A stretch of DNA of 64,000 nt from Herpetosiphon aurantiacus DSM 785 (lineage in GTDB: Bacteria; Chloroflexota; Chloroflexia; Chloroflexales; Herpetosiphonaceae): NCBI GenBank assembly GCA_000018565.1, contig CP000875.1, forward strand, positions 249,199 through 313,198, in the 5' to 3' direction. Every line of letters starts with the position of its first letter. The stretch's first letter is position 1. The notes beneath the pieces are model-generated. The model did no database searches. It had not been told where the DNA came from and saw only the letters and a list, made by a program, of their open reading frames with translations. Below, piece by piece: positions 1 through 8,040 of this stretch. The translations under genes and the position numbers were made by a program.

Positions 1-212
1 CAATCCAATACAAATTCTCAACAGGATTGTTGGCTGTTCGTGCTTGTAGCACTAGACCTTGATCAAGCCAAGCTAGCCCTGAATAAATTCCCGCAGGGAC
101 GGCTAATTGGGTTGGTGTAATCGGTGTAGTTGGGATCTGAGTCATAGGTGTTTGCATAGTACATCCACTAGCTATTAATAAAAAAGCTGTAAACATAAAA
201 AGTTGTTTCATT
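1..212 (-). CDS. Partial lipoprotein (N-terminus only; gene runs off left edge of window)
   Basis: The reverse complement starts with ATG near 212 and encodes MKQLFMFTAFLLIASGC..., a signal peptide with a lipobox (LIASGC). The region is AT-rich relative to the rest of the window. There is no in-window stop. Confidence 0.4.
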
Positions 213-278
213 TGGCAAGTGTTCCATCGCTTAAGGTATACGATCCATCATGGTTCATTCGAGTTCCGGCGGCCTGGA

Positions 279-620
279 TCAAGCGGCCATCAATCGATAA
301 AAGTTGCCATACGCCACAAACTGAGGAATAAGATCGCCGGCAGTTGTTCCAGGAGCCGGAACTCCAGCCCGTAGATTTGCTGCATCCGAGCCATAGGTTA
401 CCCCTAATTGCTCTGCCATAGCCCAACATGGGATAAGTTTTTCTTGTTCTAGTCCACTTGCCTGTTGAAAAAAGAACTCTTTCCATGCAGATGCTGCCCC
501 AGCACAATCATTGAATCCAGCTGGAATTGGACTTCCCTCATTCTGAAATAAGAAAAATCCATTCTGAATAGCCTCTAAAACCCCAGCATCGGCCCATGAA
601 GCCCATGTACCTGGCCCCAT
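279..620 (-). CDS. Hypothetical protein (possibly the 3-prime part of a frameshifted larger gene spanning about 279-775)
   Basis: A 113 aa ORF lies directly downstream of the WXG100-like gene. A second 55 aa ORF in another frame (about 621-775) abuts it, which suggests a frameshift or pseudogene. I recognise no confident family. Confidence 0.3.
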   Translation of the reverse strand: MGPGTWASWADAGVLEAIQNGFFLFQNEGSPIPAGFNDCAGAASAWKEFFFQQASGLEQEKLIPCWAMAEQLGVTYGSDAANLRAGVPAPGTTAGDLIPQFVAYGNFYRLMAA

Positions 621-785
621 ATGTCCAAGCGCTGATGATTCATCAAAAAATGCAATAATATCTTGAATGTTATGGAAGGAATTGGGATAGCCTGTCGCTC
701 TAGGGCTTCAACCCATTGAATCCGTTCGCTAGCCGTCAGCATTTCAAATTCATCTAAGGTTAGGTCGAAACGAATAAGCTTGCCA

Positions 786-1223
786 TCAGAGCATCGAAGA
801 CGGCCCGCCAGGCAGGTTGGCTGAGCCTAGCCGTGGAGCAGGCGGAGCCGTGCGCAGGCCAATGGTTGTGCCAAGGGCTGCTCCCAAGCCCGCTGCGACT
901 GCCTCAGTAGCAATATCGCCAAAATTGCCCTTGAAAAGTGCGGCAGCCGCTTCTTCGGCACTACGCATTCCTGTATGAATGGCCATGGCAACGTCGCGAG
1001 CAGTTTCAAGAGCTTCACGTAAACGCTCAAGCGCCGGATCAACTTCAGCCTGAAATTCATGGAAAAAGGCTGTCGCGGCTATGCCACTCCAATCGTTGCG
1101 CAATTGGCCAACTGTAGCCCGTAGCTGTTGACGTAGGCTAACGACTGCCTCAGCCTTGGTTCGAAAACGCTGGGCAACTTGAAGAAGGTGGTTGTATTCC
1201 ACCTGAATAATCGGGGCTGGCAT
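786..1223 (-). CDS. WXG100-like (ESAT-6-like) helical protein with Gly/Ala-rich C-terminal extension
   Basis: A W-S-G turn motif sits at about residue 45 (LRNDWSGIAATAFF), flanked by predicted helices. The protein is 145 aa. A GGGAGG RBS lies 5 nt upstream of the ATG at 1223. Confidence 0.5.
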   Translation of the reverse strand: MPAPIIQVEYNHLLQVAQRFRTKAEAVVSLRQQLRATVGQLRNDWSGIAATAFFHEFQAEVDPALERLREALETARDVAMAIHTGMRSAEEAAAALFKGNFGDIATEAVAAGLGAALGTTIGLRTAPPAPRLGSANLPGGPSSML

Positions 1224-1419
1224 AGTTCCTCCCGTACCAAAAATTGTTGTTTGGATGATTCTCTCAGTTAAAAAGGGGGATAAAAAGTACGATCCCTCAT
1301 CCGTCGTTGCGTAGTATAGGTGATCGGCTGATTAAAAACCTCACCCAAAAAGGGGGGATTTGGGCTTTAATCAACAACCATCCCCAAATTGCTGAGGATG
1401 GTTGCTGAATCAACTTAAT

Positions 1420-2493
1420 TTAGTTGTGGAAGCGCACGACGTTGAAGGGCAAATCATCAAGGCCGCGCAAAATCAGGGTTTCGTTGGCCAAATCGCTGGG
1501 GAGAATTTCGGCCACACCTGGCGCTTCGAGCACTTGCTGGGTTACTACCAACTCGGCATAATTGGCACTTGATTGTACGCGGGCAGCGGCATTGACGGTT
1601 GTGCCAAAGTAATCAAGCCGATCGTTCAAGGTTACGGCCAGTGTTGGGCCAGCATGCACGCCAACTTTGAGCGTTAAGCGTTCATCATCGCCTAATTCAC
1701 GGTCGATATTAAATTGCTCAATGGCCGCCAAGGCATTTTGGCCAGCCTTGACTGCCGCCGCGCCATCAACGAACACCGCCATAATGGCATCGCCAATGGT
1801 TTTGACCACCGCACCACCAGCTTGATCGACCACAGCAAACAAGATGTTGAAGTGTTCGCGCACCAAGCTGTAGGCCCGTGGATCGCCTTTGCGAGCATAT
1901 AAGGCGGTTGAGCCACCAAGATCGGTGAACATCAAGGCAGCCCATTTGATTTGGAAGCTTTCGCCATCGGGCAATGGTTCATCGATAAACAAATCGCGGA
2001 AGGCTTGCACGGTCAGCAATTCATGCGAGGTTGTTACGCCTAAACGTTGATCAATTGCTTCGCGCCATGTGTCGTTGTCGATGCCTGCTGGCAAACTGCG
2101 CACCTGCGCTGCCACCGTGAAGGTCACATGAATGCCTTCATCGAGCTTGGCGGGGAAATTATCGCGGCACATCGCACAATATTGTTGCGAATGGGCTTGG
2201 GTTAATTTATCAAAAGCATGGGCTTGATAGCCACAATAAATACAACGTGCTTCCCAATTCAAGTCGAATAAGCCAACACGCACTGCTGCGGCCATCAATT
2301 GTAAGCCCGCCCGCCGCGAAAGCCCCAACTCTTCGGCCAAGTACGCTGGATTAAAGCGATAGAGCATCGCCCCTGGTGCTGTATCCAATATGCTGGTGAG
2401 GGCCGTGCGAACCGTTGCGGCTACGCCATAGTTAGCCAATTCTGCGACCAACGCGCTACTTGATGTTGAATGTTGTTCTTCGTTCAAAGCCAT
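1420..2493 (-). CDS. Class III adenylate/guanylate cyclase with N-terminal zinc-ribbon-like Cys cluster
   Basis: The cyclase homology domain motifs are present (FTDLGGSTALY ... VKTIGDAIMAVF ... GVHAGP). An N-terminal CxxC...CxxC cluster is present. The start is set at the ATG preceded by AGGAGG (residue 13 of the track ORF). Confidence 0.8.
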   Translation of the reverse strand: MALNEEQHSTSSSALVAELANYGVAATVRTALTSILDTAPGAMLYRFNPAYLAEELGLSRRAGLQLMAAAVRVGLFDLNWEARCIYCGYQAHAFDKLTQAHSQQYCAMCRDNFPAKLDEGIHVTFTVAAQVRSLPAGIDNDTWREAIDQRLGVTTSHELLTVQAFRDLFIDEPLPDGESFQIKWAALMFTDLGGSTALYARKGDPRAYSLVREHFNILFAVVDQAGGAVVKTIGDAIMAVFVDGAAAVKAGQNALAAIEQFNIDRELGDDERLTLKVGVHAGPTLAVTLNDRLDYFGTTVNAAARVQSSANYAELVVTQQVLEAPGVAEILPSDLANETLILRGLDDLPFNVVRFHN

Positions 2494-2567
2494 ACCATAG
2501 CCTCCTAGATACCTATAAAATTGTAGCACTGTCTGGTCGCAATGGGCAGCCCAAATCGAAATATTTG

Positions 2568-4385
2568 CTAAACGCTGCGTACTGCCCCGCGCGATTCGAT
2601 GTAGCTCAACGATTGATGGCGGAAGTAGGTATCATATAAATCGGCATAATGCCCGCCTTGCTGCATCAGCTGATCGTGGTTGCCTTCTTCGATAATTTGG
2701 CCTTGATTCAACACAATAATTCGATCCGCCGAGCGCACGGTCGAAAGGCGGTGGGCAATCAAAATTGCCGTCGAGCGCGAAAGAATCAAATCCATGGCTT
2801 GCTGAATTTGGGTTTCAGTAAATGGGTCGATGCTGGCAGTTGCTTCATCGAGAATAAAAATCGCTGGTTGCGCCGCCAAGACCCGCGTCAAAGCTACCAG
2901 CTGGCGTTGCCCAAGCGAAAGTTTATTGCCGCGCTCGCCAACTTGCGATTGCAAGCCTTGGGGCAAGGTTTCCAGCCATTCGCCGCCGCCAATTTGGTTG
3001 GCAACTGCTTCAAGCTCGGCATCGCTCAGTTGGGGCGCTGCATAGCGAATGTTATCGGCAACTGTGCCATCAAACAAAAATGGAGTTTGGGTCACAATTC
3101 CCAATTGCTGACGATAGCTGCGCAAATCCAAGCTGCGAATATCATGGCTATCGACCGTAATCTTGCCTGATTGAAACTCATAGAAACGGGTGATCAATTT
3201 GGCGATACTCGATTTGCCAGCGCCCGTATGCCCAACTAAGGCGATGCTCTCGCCTGGAGCAATATTGAGGCTAAAATCGTTCAGCACCGGCTCTTTGCGC
3301 CCATAGCGAAACTCAACATGATCGAACACAATTTCGCCGCGCAGGCGTTTGGTGGTTTGCTGATCGTGTTGTTTGACGCTATGTTCGGCATCAATCAAGG
3401 CAAAAATGCGCTCAGCCGCCGCCAAGCCAGCTTGAAATTGGCTCCAAAAAGCCGAGATATTCAGCAATGGAAACCAAAACAGATCAACCGAGCGCACAAA
3501 GACATACCAAGCTGCCAAACTAATTGTGAGATCGATCACCGACAAGCCGCCCCAATAAATTAAGGCCGCCGTGCCAAAGCCTGAAACAATGTTCAAGGTT
3601 GGGAACACATTCGAGAGCACAAAACCACGTCGTAGGTTAACTCCATACGATTGTTGGTTGATCTCGCTGAATTCACCATAAATGCGGGCTTCTTGGCGAA
3701 AATTCTTGGCGATGCTAATCCCCGTTACCGCTTCTTGAATTGAGCTATTGACCTCGCCCAGCACCTGAAAGCCTTTGCGGGTGACGAAACGCGCCAAACG
3801 CCGAAAGCCTAAAGCCAAGCCAATCACAATCGGGGTGAAGCCAATAATCCCCAAGCTGAGCGGCACTGAAACGCTGAGCAAATAGACTAACAGCGCAATC
3901 ACCGTTAGCACTTGGCTGACAATTTCGATGATCAAGCGTGAAACTTGGGCAAATTCTTGGGTATCTGAGGTGATGCGGCTAATAATTCGACCTGACCGCA
4001 GTTCATCAAAAAACGAGAGATCATGGCTAATGGCTGCGTTAAAGGCATCATTGCGTAAAGCACTAATCACATCGGCCACAATTTGAGCGGTCATGCGTTG
4101 GCGCAACCAGCCCATGGCCCATTGCAGCACTCCAAAAACCACCCCACCACTGGCAAGCAACCAGATAAAATTCCAATCGGGGTTGGCTTCACCAATCCGC
4201 TGAACGGCTTGAGCGACCAAAAATGGCGGAATTGTATTGAGCAAGCCCAAGCCACAAATCAGGGCTATCGTCCAAAATGCGGTGCGCCGATGAGCACGAA
4301 AATAGCTCAACATGCGCCCCATTAATTCGCGGTCGCCATACTGACGATCATAATTTTCGGTATCTAATCCTGCAAACATAAGCAC
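2568..4385 (-). CDS. ABC exporter, fused permease/ATP-binding subunit
   Basis: A six-TM N-terminal half is followed by Walker A (GHTGAGKSS), the LSLGQRQ signature and Walker B (ILDEATASID). It sits next to a second half-transporter, consistent with a heterodimeric exporter. Confidence 0.85.
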   Translation of the reverse strand: MLMFAGLDTENYDRQYGDRELMGRMLSYFRAHRRTAFWTIALICGLGLLNTIPPFLVAQAVQRIGEANPDWNFIWLLASGGVVFGVLQWAMGWLRQRMTAQIVADVISALRNDAFNAAISHDLSFFDELRSGRIISRITSDTQEFAQVSRLIIEIVSQVLTVIALLVYLLSVSVPLSLGIIGFTPIVIGLALGFRRLARFVTRKGFQVLGEVNSSIQEAVTGISIAKNFRQEARIYGEFSEINQQSYGVNLRRGFVLSNVFPTLNIVSGFGTAALIYWGGLSVIDLTISLAAWYVFVRSVDLFWFPLLNISAFWSQFQAGLAAAERIFALIDAEHSVKQHDQQTTKRLRGEIVFDHVEFRYGRKEPVLNDFSLNIAPGESIALVGHTGAGKSSIAKLITRFYEFQSGKITVDSHDIRSLDLRSYRQQLGIVTQTPFLFDGTVADNIRYAAPQLSDAELEAVANQIGGGEWLETLPQGLQSQVGERGNKLSLGQRQLVALTRVLAAQPAIFILDEATASIDPFTETQIQQAMDLILSRSTAILIAHRLSTVRSADRIIVLNQGQIIEEGNHDQLMQQGGHYADLYDTYFRHQSLSYIESRGAVRSV

Positions 4386-4393
4386 CCTTTTGG

Positions 4394-4433
4394 AAAGTCA
4401 AAAGTCAAAAGTCAAAGGTCAAAGGTCAAAATA
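4394..4433. repeat. Tandem heptamer repeat (AAAAGTC/AAAGGTC) x5 between the two ABC exporter genes
   Basis: The sequence aaagtcaaaagtcaaaagtcaaaggtcaaaggtcaaaat is seen directly. It lies immediately upstream of the start of the 2568..4385 gene. Confidence 0.7.
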
Positions 4434-4496
4434 GGATAGTTGGAATAGGCCAACATTTTGTAAATTAACAAACGTTTTGTTTTTTGACTTCTGCCT

Positions 4497-6245
4497 TCAT
4501 AATTTGGCAAAGATTGCCCGATAGGCTTCGGATTGCTGCATGAGATCTTCGTGCGTGCCAACGGCGCTAATTGTGCCTTTGCGAATCACGATGATCAGGT
4601 CGGCCCAGCGAATTTGTGAAAGCCGATGGGTAATCAAAATCGTGGTGCGGTCTTGCGAGGCTTGTTCAATCGCTTGTTGAATCCGATCTTCAGTCGCGCT
4701 GTCGATCGCGCTGGTCGAATCATCAAGCACCAAAATTGTGGGATCGGTCAAGAAGGCCCGCGCCAAAGCTAGGCGTTGGCGTTGCCCACCGGAAAGCGTC
4801 ACGCCACGTTCGCCGATGATCGTATCGTAGCCATCGGCGAGTCGCCCGATAAAATCGTGGGCTTGCGCCGCTTTGGCGGCTTCGATAATTTGCTCACGGG
4901 TAGCGTTGGGCACACCAAAGCCAATATTATCGGCAATTGAGCGCGAAAACAGGAAAATATCTTGCTCGATGATTGAGATTTGGCGACGCAAGGCTGCTAA
5001 ATTCCAATCGCGTACATCAACGCCATCAATCAAAATGCGACCTTCGCGGGTATCGTAGGTGCGGTTGAGCAATTTGGTAAGCGTTGTTTTGCCAGCGCCA
5101 GTTTGGCCAACTAAGGCTACTGTTTGGCCAGGTGCAATTCGAAAACTGACTTTTTGCACGGCATCAACATCGCTATGATAGCCAAAGGCCACGTTTTCAA
5201 AGATAATTTCGCCGCGCATTGGCTCGGCATAGCCTTGGGCATTTTCGTCAAGCTCGGTTTCTGTGGTAATTAATTCCAAAATACGCCGTCCGCCTGCGAG
5301 GCCGCTCGAAAGCTGCGAGTAGGCAAATTGGGCGGTGAAGGTTGGGAAGCCAAACAACAGCAACAAGCCATTGAATGAAACGACATCACCAACATTAATC
5401 AGGCCATTGCGAAACAGAATCAGGCTATGGATAAAGCCCAAGCCTTGACCTAAACCAAGCAATAAGACTGGTAAAAAGACCGCTTCCACATTGCCTTGAG
5501 CCACAAATGCGTTGCGCCATTTGCTGACGGCAGTTCGAAATCGGTTGCGCTCACGCTCTTCTTGGGCGGTGGCTTTGACCGTTTCTACGCCGTCGATTGC
5601 CTCGGCCAAGGTGGCGTTGAGTTCACCAAAACTTTGGCGCACCGCCGTGGTGACAGGCTTGAGTTGACGTAAATAATGCCAAACCAACAACCCATAAAAC
5701 ACCAAATACAGAATTGGCACAACCAACAGTTGGGGGTGGGGCGAGGCGATCAGCGGCATAATTAAAAACATTGCCGAACCAACTACCAAGTTGACCCCAG
5801 GATTGAGCATCAAGTTCATTTCGCGCACATCATTGGTGGCGCGGGCCATCACATCACCCGTTGGTTGGCTATCGTGGAAGGCCATACTTTTGCCCAATAA
5901 ACTGGTGTAGAGTTCATCGCGCACATCGCGTTCGAGCCGTTGGCCGATCACTTCTGAGGAGAAATTGCGCAATAGCTGGACAAATGCCCTCAAAAATTGC
6001 CCGCCAACAATCAGCAAAGCTGCCCACCACAAGCCATTTTTATCGCCAGCCTTAACTGCTTCGAAGGCTTGGCCCGTGACGACTGGCACTTGAGCGGCGA
6101 ATAATGCGTTGCCAAATGCCCCAATAAATAGCCCAATAATCCACCAAAGATTGCGCCGCGCATGCGACCAAACCCAGCGCAACGGCGTTGAACGATTGAT
6201 CTTCCACGATCGTTCAACCACAAATTCACTATTCGAAAGCGCCAT
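4497..6245 (-). CDS. ABC exporter, fused permease/ATP-binding subunit (partner of 2568..4385)
   Basis: A TM domain is followed by Walker A (GQTGAGKTT), the LSGGQRQR signature and Walker B ([11 protein letters not shown]). Confidence 0.85.
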   Translation of the reverse strand: MALSNSEFVVERSWKINRSTPLRWVWSHARRNLWWIIGLFIGAFGNALFAAQVPVVTGQAFEAVKAGDKNGLWWAALLIVGGQFLRAFVQLLRNFSSEVIGQRLERDVRDELYTSLLGKSMAFHDSQPTGDVMARATNDVREMNLMLNPGVNLVVGSAMFLIMPLIASPHPQLLVVPILYLVFYGLLVWHYLRQLKPVTTAVRQSFGELNATLAEAIDGVETVKATAQEERERNRFRTAVSKWRNAFVAQGNVEAVFLPVLLLGLGQGLGFIHSLILFRNGLINVGDVVSFNGLLLLFGFPTFTAQFAYSQLSSGLAGGRRILELITTETELDENAQGYAEPMRGEIIFENVAFGYHSDVDAVQKVSFRIAPGQTVALVGQTGAGKTTLTKLLNRTYDTREGRILIDGVDVRDWNLAALRRQISIIEQDIFLFSRSIADNIGFGVPNATREQIIEAAKAAQAHDFIGRLADGYDTIIGERGVTLSGGQRQRLALARAFLTDPTILVLDDSTSAIDSATEDRIQQAIEQASQDRTTILITHRLSQIRWADLIIVIRKGTISAVGTHEDLMQQSEAYRAIFAKL

Positions 6246-6382
6246 GAAATCCCTTTCCAGTTGGAAGCGTCTGCTGGATATTTTACCATTGAAACACCGT
6301 TGCTACCGCCATACTTATGACCGATTGCACATAAGCAGATAGATTTTGGAGATCGGTTGTTGGGGATTGGGGATCGGGTTTT

Positions 6383-6511
6383 GATCCACGAAGCGCACGA
6401 AGGACACAAAGGGTAACGCAGAGGTGCAGGGCAACAATGGCTATCGGAGTATTTTGGGGCGGTTCAAACAATAGCCTACTCCCTTCGTGCCCTTCGTGTT
6501 CTTCGTGGATC
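6383..6511. repeat. Inverted pair of GATCCACGAAG(N)CACGAAGGACAC repeat units flanking a spacer of about 73 bp
   Basis: gatccacgaagcgcacgaaggacac at 6383-6407 is matched by its reverse complement cttcgtgcccttcgtgttcttcgtggatc at 6484-6511. The same family recurs at 7867, 16845, 20520 and 40621. Confidence 0.7.
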
Positions 6512-6525
6512 GGTATTTCGGCGGA

Positions 6526-6554
6526 TTGACAAGCAAACACAGGCTGAATAGAAT
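6526..6554 (+). promoter_or_regulatory. Sigma-70-type promoter for the trpS T-box leader (TTGACA-17 bp-TAGAAT)
   Basis: TTGACA lies at 6526-6531, followed by a 17 nt spacer and TAGAAT at 6549-6554. This is about 300 nt upstream of the trpS ATG. Confidence 0.45.
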
Positions 6555-6559
6555 AGCCA

Positions 6560-6840
6560 ACAATTGAAAACAACGTTGACGCGGAAGAGTATGCAAAAGC
6601 GCACTTGTCCAGAGAGTTATCCATTAGCTGCGAGGATAATCAAGCTGTCTTTGCTGAATGGCCCGCTGAGTTGCTCACCGAATCTGGGTTGCTACCTGGT
6701 AGTAGGCTGAGCCGTGATTGCCTCCGTTAGCGGGCTGCGAGCGCGTAACCATTGTGATGGTTGCGAATTCGGGTGGTACCGCGAGAATCAAGCCGTCTCT
6801 CGTCCCGTATGTGGATTCGAGAGACGGCCTTGTTTTAGTT
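6560..6840 (+). promoter_or_regulatory. T-box riboswitch leader (tryptophan-specific) upstream of trpS
   Basis: The conserved T-box sequence GAATTCGGGTGGTACCGCGAG lies at about 6764-6785. A terminator hairpin follows (GCCGTCTCTCG...CGAGAGACGGC, 6792-6828) and then CTTGTTTT. The 5-prime 47 codons of the track ORF 6718..7845 are this leader, not protein. Confidence 0.75.
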
Positions 6841-6858
6841 AGACGGAGTGTTGCCATT

Positions 6859-7845
6859 ATGGGTTCGTTACCACGGGTTTTTTCGGGCATTCAACCATCA
6901 GGCAATTTGCACCTTGGCAACTATTTGGGGGCGATTCATACCTGGGTGCAAGAGCAAAATCAATACGATAATTTCTTCTGTATTGTCGATCTGCATGCGA
7001 TCACCGTGCCACAAGATCCAGCCGAGTTGCGCAAAAATGTGCGCGATTTGGCCGCGCTGTATCTGGCCGCAGGCATTAGCCTTGAGCATGCCACGATTTT
7101 TGTCCAATCGCATGTGCCAGCTCACGTTGAGCTAGGCTGGATTTTAAATTGTCAAACGCCCTTGGGCTGGTTGAATCGCATGACCCAATTTAAGGATAAA
7201 TCGCAAAAGCAAGAAACCGTAGCGGCTGGCTTGATGAATTATCCAACGCTGATGGCTGCTGATATTTTGCTCTACGACACCCAAGTTGTGCCAGTGGGCG
7301 ACGATCAACGTCAGCATATTGAGCTAACTCGCGATATTGCCGAGCGTTTTAATCATCTTTATGGCGAAACCTTTGTCATCCCCGAGGCCTTGATTCGGCC
7401 TGTGGCGGCGCGGGTGATGGGCCTCGACGACCCAACCCAGAAGATGAGCAAGAGCAACAAAGCAGCCAATCATTCAATTCCTTTGTTGGGCGATTTGAAG
7501 GCAACGCGCAAGGCCATGATGCGGGCAGTCACCGATTCGGGCAGCGAAATCAAATTCGACGAAACCCGACCTGGGGTCAACAATCTTTTGGGGATTTATC
7601 AAGCCTTGACTGGCAAAGACAAAGCCACGATTGAGGCTGAATTTGAAGGCCAAGGCTATGGCAAACTCAAAGGTGCAGTTGCCGATGTGGTGATCGCTAC
7701 CTTGGAGCCATTGCAACAACGCTACAATCAACTCACCGCTGATCCAGCTGAACTCGATGGGATTCTCAAACGTGGCGCTGAACGCGCTGCCGAAGTTGCT
7801 AACGCTACCTTGTTACGGGCTTATCAACAACTTGGGCTGCGCTAA
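6859..7845 (+). CDS. trpS: Tryptophan--tRNA ligase
   Basis: Class I aaRS motifs are present: the HIGH-type GNLHLGNYLGAI and KMSKS. The start is taken at ATG 6859 (MGSLPRVFSGIQPSGNLHLGNY). Confidence 0.9.
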   Translation: MGSLPRVFSGIQPSGNLHLGNYLGAIHTWVQEQNQYDNFFCIVDLHAITVPQDPAELRKNVRDLAALYLAAGISLEHATIFVQSHVPAHVELGWILNCQTPLGWLNRMTQFKDKSQKQETVAAGLMNYPTLMAADILLYDTQVVPVGDDQRQHIELTRDIAERFNHLYGETFVIPEALIRPVAARVMGLDDPTQKMSKSNKAANHSIPLLGDLKATRKAMMRAVTDSGSEIKFDETRPGVNNLLGIYQALTGKDKATIEAEFEGQGYGKLKGAVADVVIATLEPLQQRYNQLTADPAELDGILKRGAERAAEVANATLLRAYQQLGLR

Positions 7846-7866
7846 TTCTTAACGAGGTCAGTTTTT

Positions 7867-7938
7867 GATCCACGAAGGACACGAAGAGCACGAAGACTGC
7901 TTTTTAGCCACAGATTGGCACAGATTGGCACAGATTTT
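7867..7938. repeat. GATCCACGAAGGACACGAAGAGCACGAAG repeat unit followed by (CACAGATTGG)x2.6 tandem repeat
   Basis: Seen directly. It is of the same family as 6383-6511. Confidence 0.65.
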
Positions 7939-7976
7939 TGTGATTATGCTTCTGTGGATCGCGACCTAAATTTAAA

Positions 7977-8010
7977 CAGCAGGCTATAGCTTAGATCCTA
8001 TAGCCTGCTG
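7977..8010. terminator. Perfect 13-bp inverted repeat hairpin (CAGCAGGCTATAG-N8-CTATAGCCTGCTG) between convergent trpS and the PD40 gene
   Basis: The palindrome is seen directly. Its location between convergent 3-prime ends suggests a bidirectional terminator. No strong U-tract follows. Confidence 0.45.
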
Positions 8011-8040
8011 TTCATCCTTCATCCCTCATCCTTCATATTT

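Noticed and set aside
208-507. 99-aa ORF overlapping 279..620 in another frame
   Set aside because: It is Cys/Trp/Arg-rich with no domain features. It is fully nested in the more plausible frame and is a likely artefact of high GC.
2649-6055. Multiple plus-strand ORFs of 60-170 aa inside the two ABC exporter genes
   Set aside because: They are antisense to long, motif-rich minus-strand genes and have no RBS or domain signals. They are typical GC-rich antisense artefacts.
6718-6858. N-terminal 47 codons of the track ORF for trpS
   Set aside because: This stretch contains the T-box consensus and the terminator hairpin. It is leader RNA. The real start is ATG 6859, immediately before the HIGH-type motif.
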